A stretch of 63,618 bases of DNA, filler included, from Globobulimina sp. (taxonomy: Eukaryota), in assembly GCA_003354225.1 (NCBI GenBank). It is 26 parts of 26 records of this genome, joined end to end, with 100 filler letters (N's around TTAATTAATTAA, not from the genome) between each part and the next. Parts side by side here need not be neighbours in the genome. Positions count along the whole stretch, not along the records: positions 61,815 to 63,618 come from PIVH01007267.1; 25 more parts are not named here. One strand, 5' to 3'. A program made the position numbers and the translations under genes. The notes under the pieces were generated by a model. It was given only the letters and a program-made list of their open reading frames with translations, made no database searches and was not told where the DNA came from. Below, piece after piece: positions 62,447 through 63,618 of the stretch; position 1 is the first letter of the stretch, and every line of letters starts with the position of its first letter.

Positions 62447-63560
62447 CTATTTTTTTTGTCTTGCAAATAAAGCTAACTTTGGAAAACCTTGAACTAACAA
62501 ATATCCAGCAATTCGAATAAGAGCCCACACGAATAAAATAGTCGAAGCAAATCCACCCATAAACAAATACGCGTTTAATATATCATGGCTTGACACGATT
62601 TCACAACAACCATATTCTTCCTCAAAACATAAATGTTCACTCGATGTAGATATATCGTCTCTACATTTCAGATCAAATTTCTCCTCTAAATAATAATTAG
62701 CAAGAAATCCAATGACCGCAGCTGGCAATAAACTCGCTAATGATGGAAATATAAATATTATACCAAACATCTCAAACAAATTCGTATTCTCTTCTAATTC
62801 TCGCACAATATCAAAATAGCCAAAGTCAACACCCATAATCAGCAAAACTGCATTATCGAGAATTCGAATGTCTCTATGAAAATAAATCAATACAAAATGT
62901 GAAATAGAAGCTATTAACGATACAACCCCCCAAATTATATACGCTATCATCCACGATTGAATTTCATCCCACATATTCATCTCAGTTAATCCTGCAAACA
63001 CATTTATGATTGGTGTTATGGCCATTCCTGAATAAAATAAAAAAATAAAAACTATATACGCAAAACGAGACATATGCTCTGTGCTAAAACAATGAACGCA
63101 GCAATAACCTAAGAATGCAATTGTCGATAAAATTAAGGTTGGAATGCAATGTAAAATAATATTAATAGTCAGCGCGACTGCGATAAGTTTGCCTAACATT
63201 CGCGATTGTGTGAATAAAGCTAACTTTGGAAAACCTTGAATTAACAAATATCCAGCAATTCGAATAAGAGCCCACACGAATAAAATACTCGAACCAAATC
63301 CACCCATAAACACATACGCGTTTAATATTTCATGGCTTCAAAAAATTGGCTTGATACGATTTAACAACAACCATATTGTTCCTCAAAACATAAATATTCA
63401 CATTTCAGATCAAATTTCTCCTCTAAATAATAATTAGCAATAAATCCAATGACAGCAGCGGCAATAAACTCGCTAATGATGGAAATATAAATATTATACC
63501 AAACATCTCAAACAGATTCGTATTCTCTTCTAATTCTCGCACAATATCAAAATAACATTT
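62447..63560 (-). CDS. Multi-pass membrane protein with an internal ~750-bp tandem duplication; upstream copy degenerate
   Basis: FMGGF.S.ILFVWALIRIAGYLL.QGFPKLALF occurs at both ends of the 288-aa ORF; 62467-62590 matches 63214-63338. Confidence 0.65.
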
Positions 63561-63618
63561 TGGAGAGTTTTTCCGGTGATTTTGGTTTCATCATACGATT
63601 CTTTTAATGGATTTTCTG

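Overview
This window is not one locus. It is 26 unrelated contigs of about 2.37 kb (2374 bp falling to 2371 bp, so size-sorted; the last is cut by the window edge), joined by an artificial 100-nt spacer, N44-TTAATTAATTAA-N44. Gene order across spacers carries no biological meaning. The DNA is AT-rich and eukaryotic, with short GT-AG introns (about 50-100 nt) and the standard code. It is most likely a foraminiferan or other rhizarian; this is my inference from the gene-family profile. Host genes include ubiquitin, a mitochondrial ferredoxin, a Ser/Thr kinase, JmjC and PhyH dioxygenases, SET, PPR, a GH47 mannosidase, a sulfotransferase-like protein, a pentameric ligand-gated ion channel, and cold-shock and 7TM proteins. 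Mobile DNA is abundant: three different non-LTR RT lineages, an RNase H 3' fragment, a decayed gag-like ORF, a KDZ-type transposase, Helitron-like pieces and MITEs. The most notable observations are: (i) KH domains nested inside a CCR4-like EEP nuclease; (ii) an identical 11-aa peptide, encoded with mostly different codons, in two unrelated proteins; (iii) a terminally redundant (circular or tandem) contig pairing a retroelement RNase H with a decapitated PhyH dioxygenase; (iv) GH47-multiTM and NIDO-GTPase fusions; (v) a shared element and a TTTTCAC motif near many start codons. All family calls come from motif recognition by eye; no searches were run.
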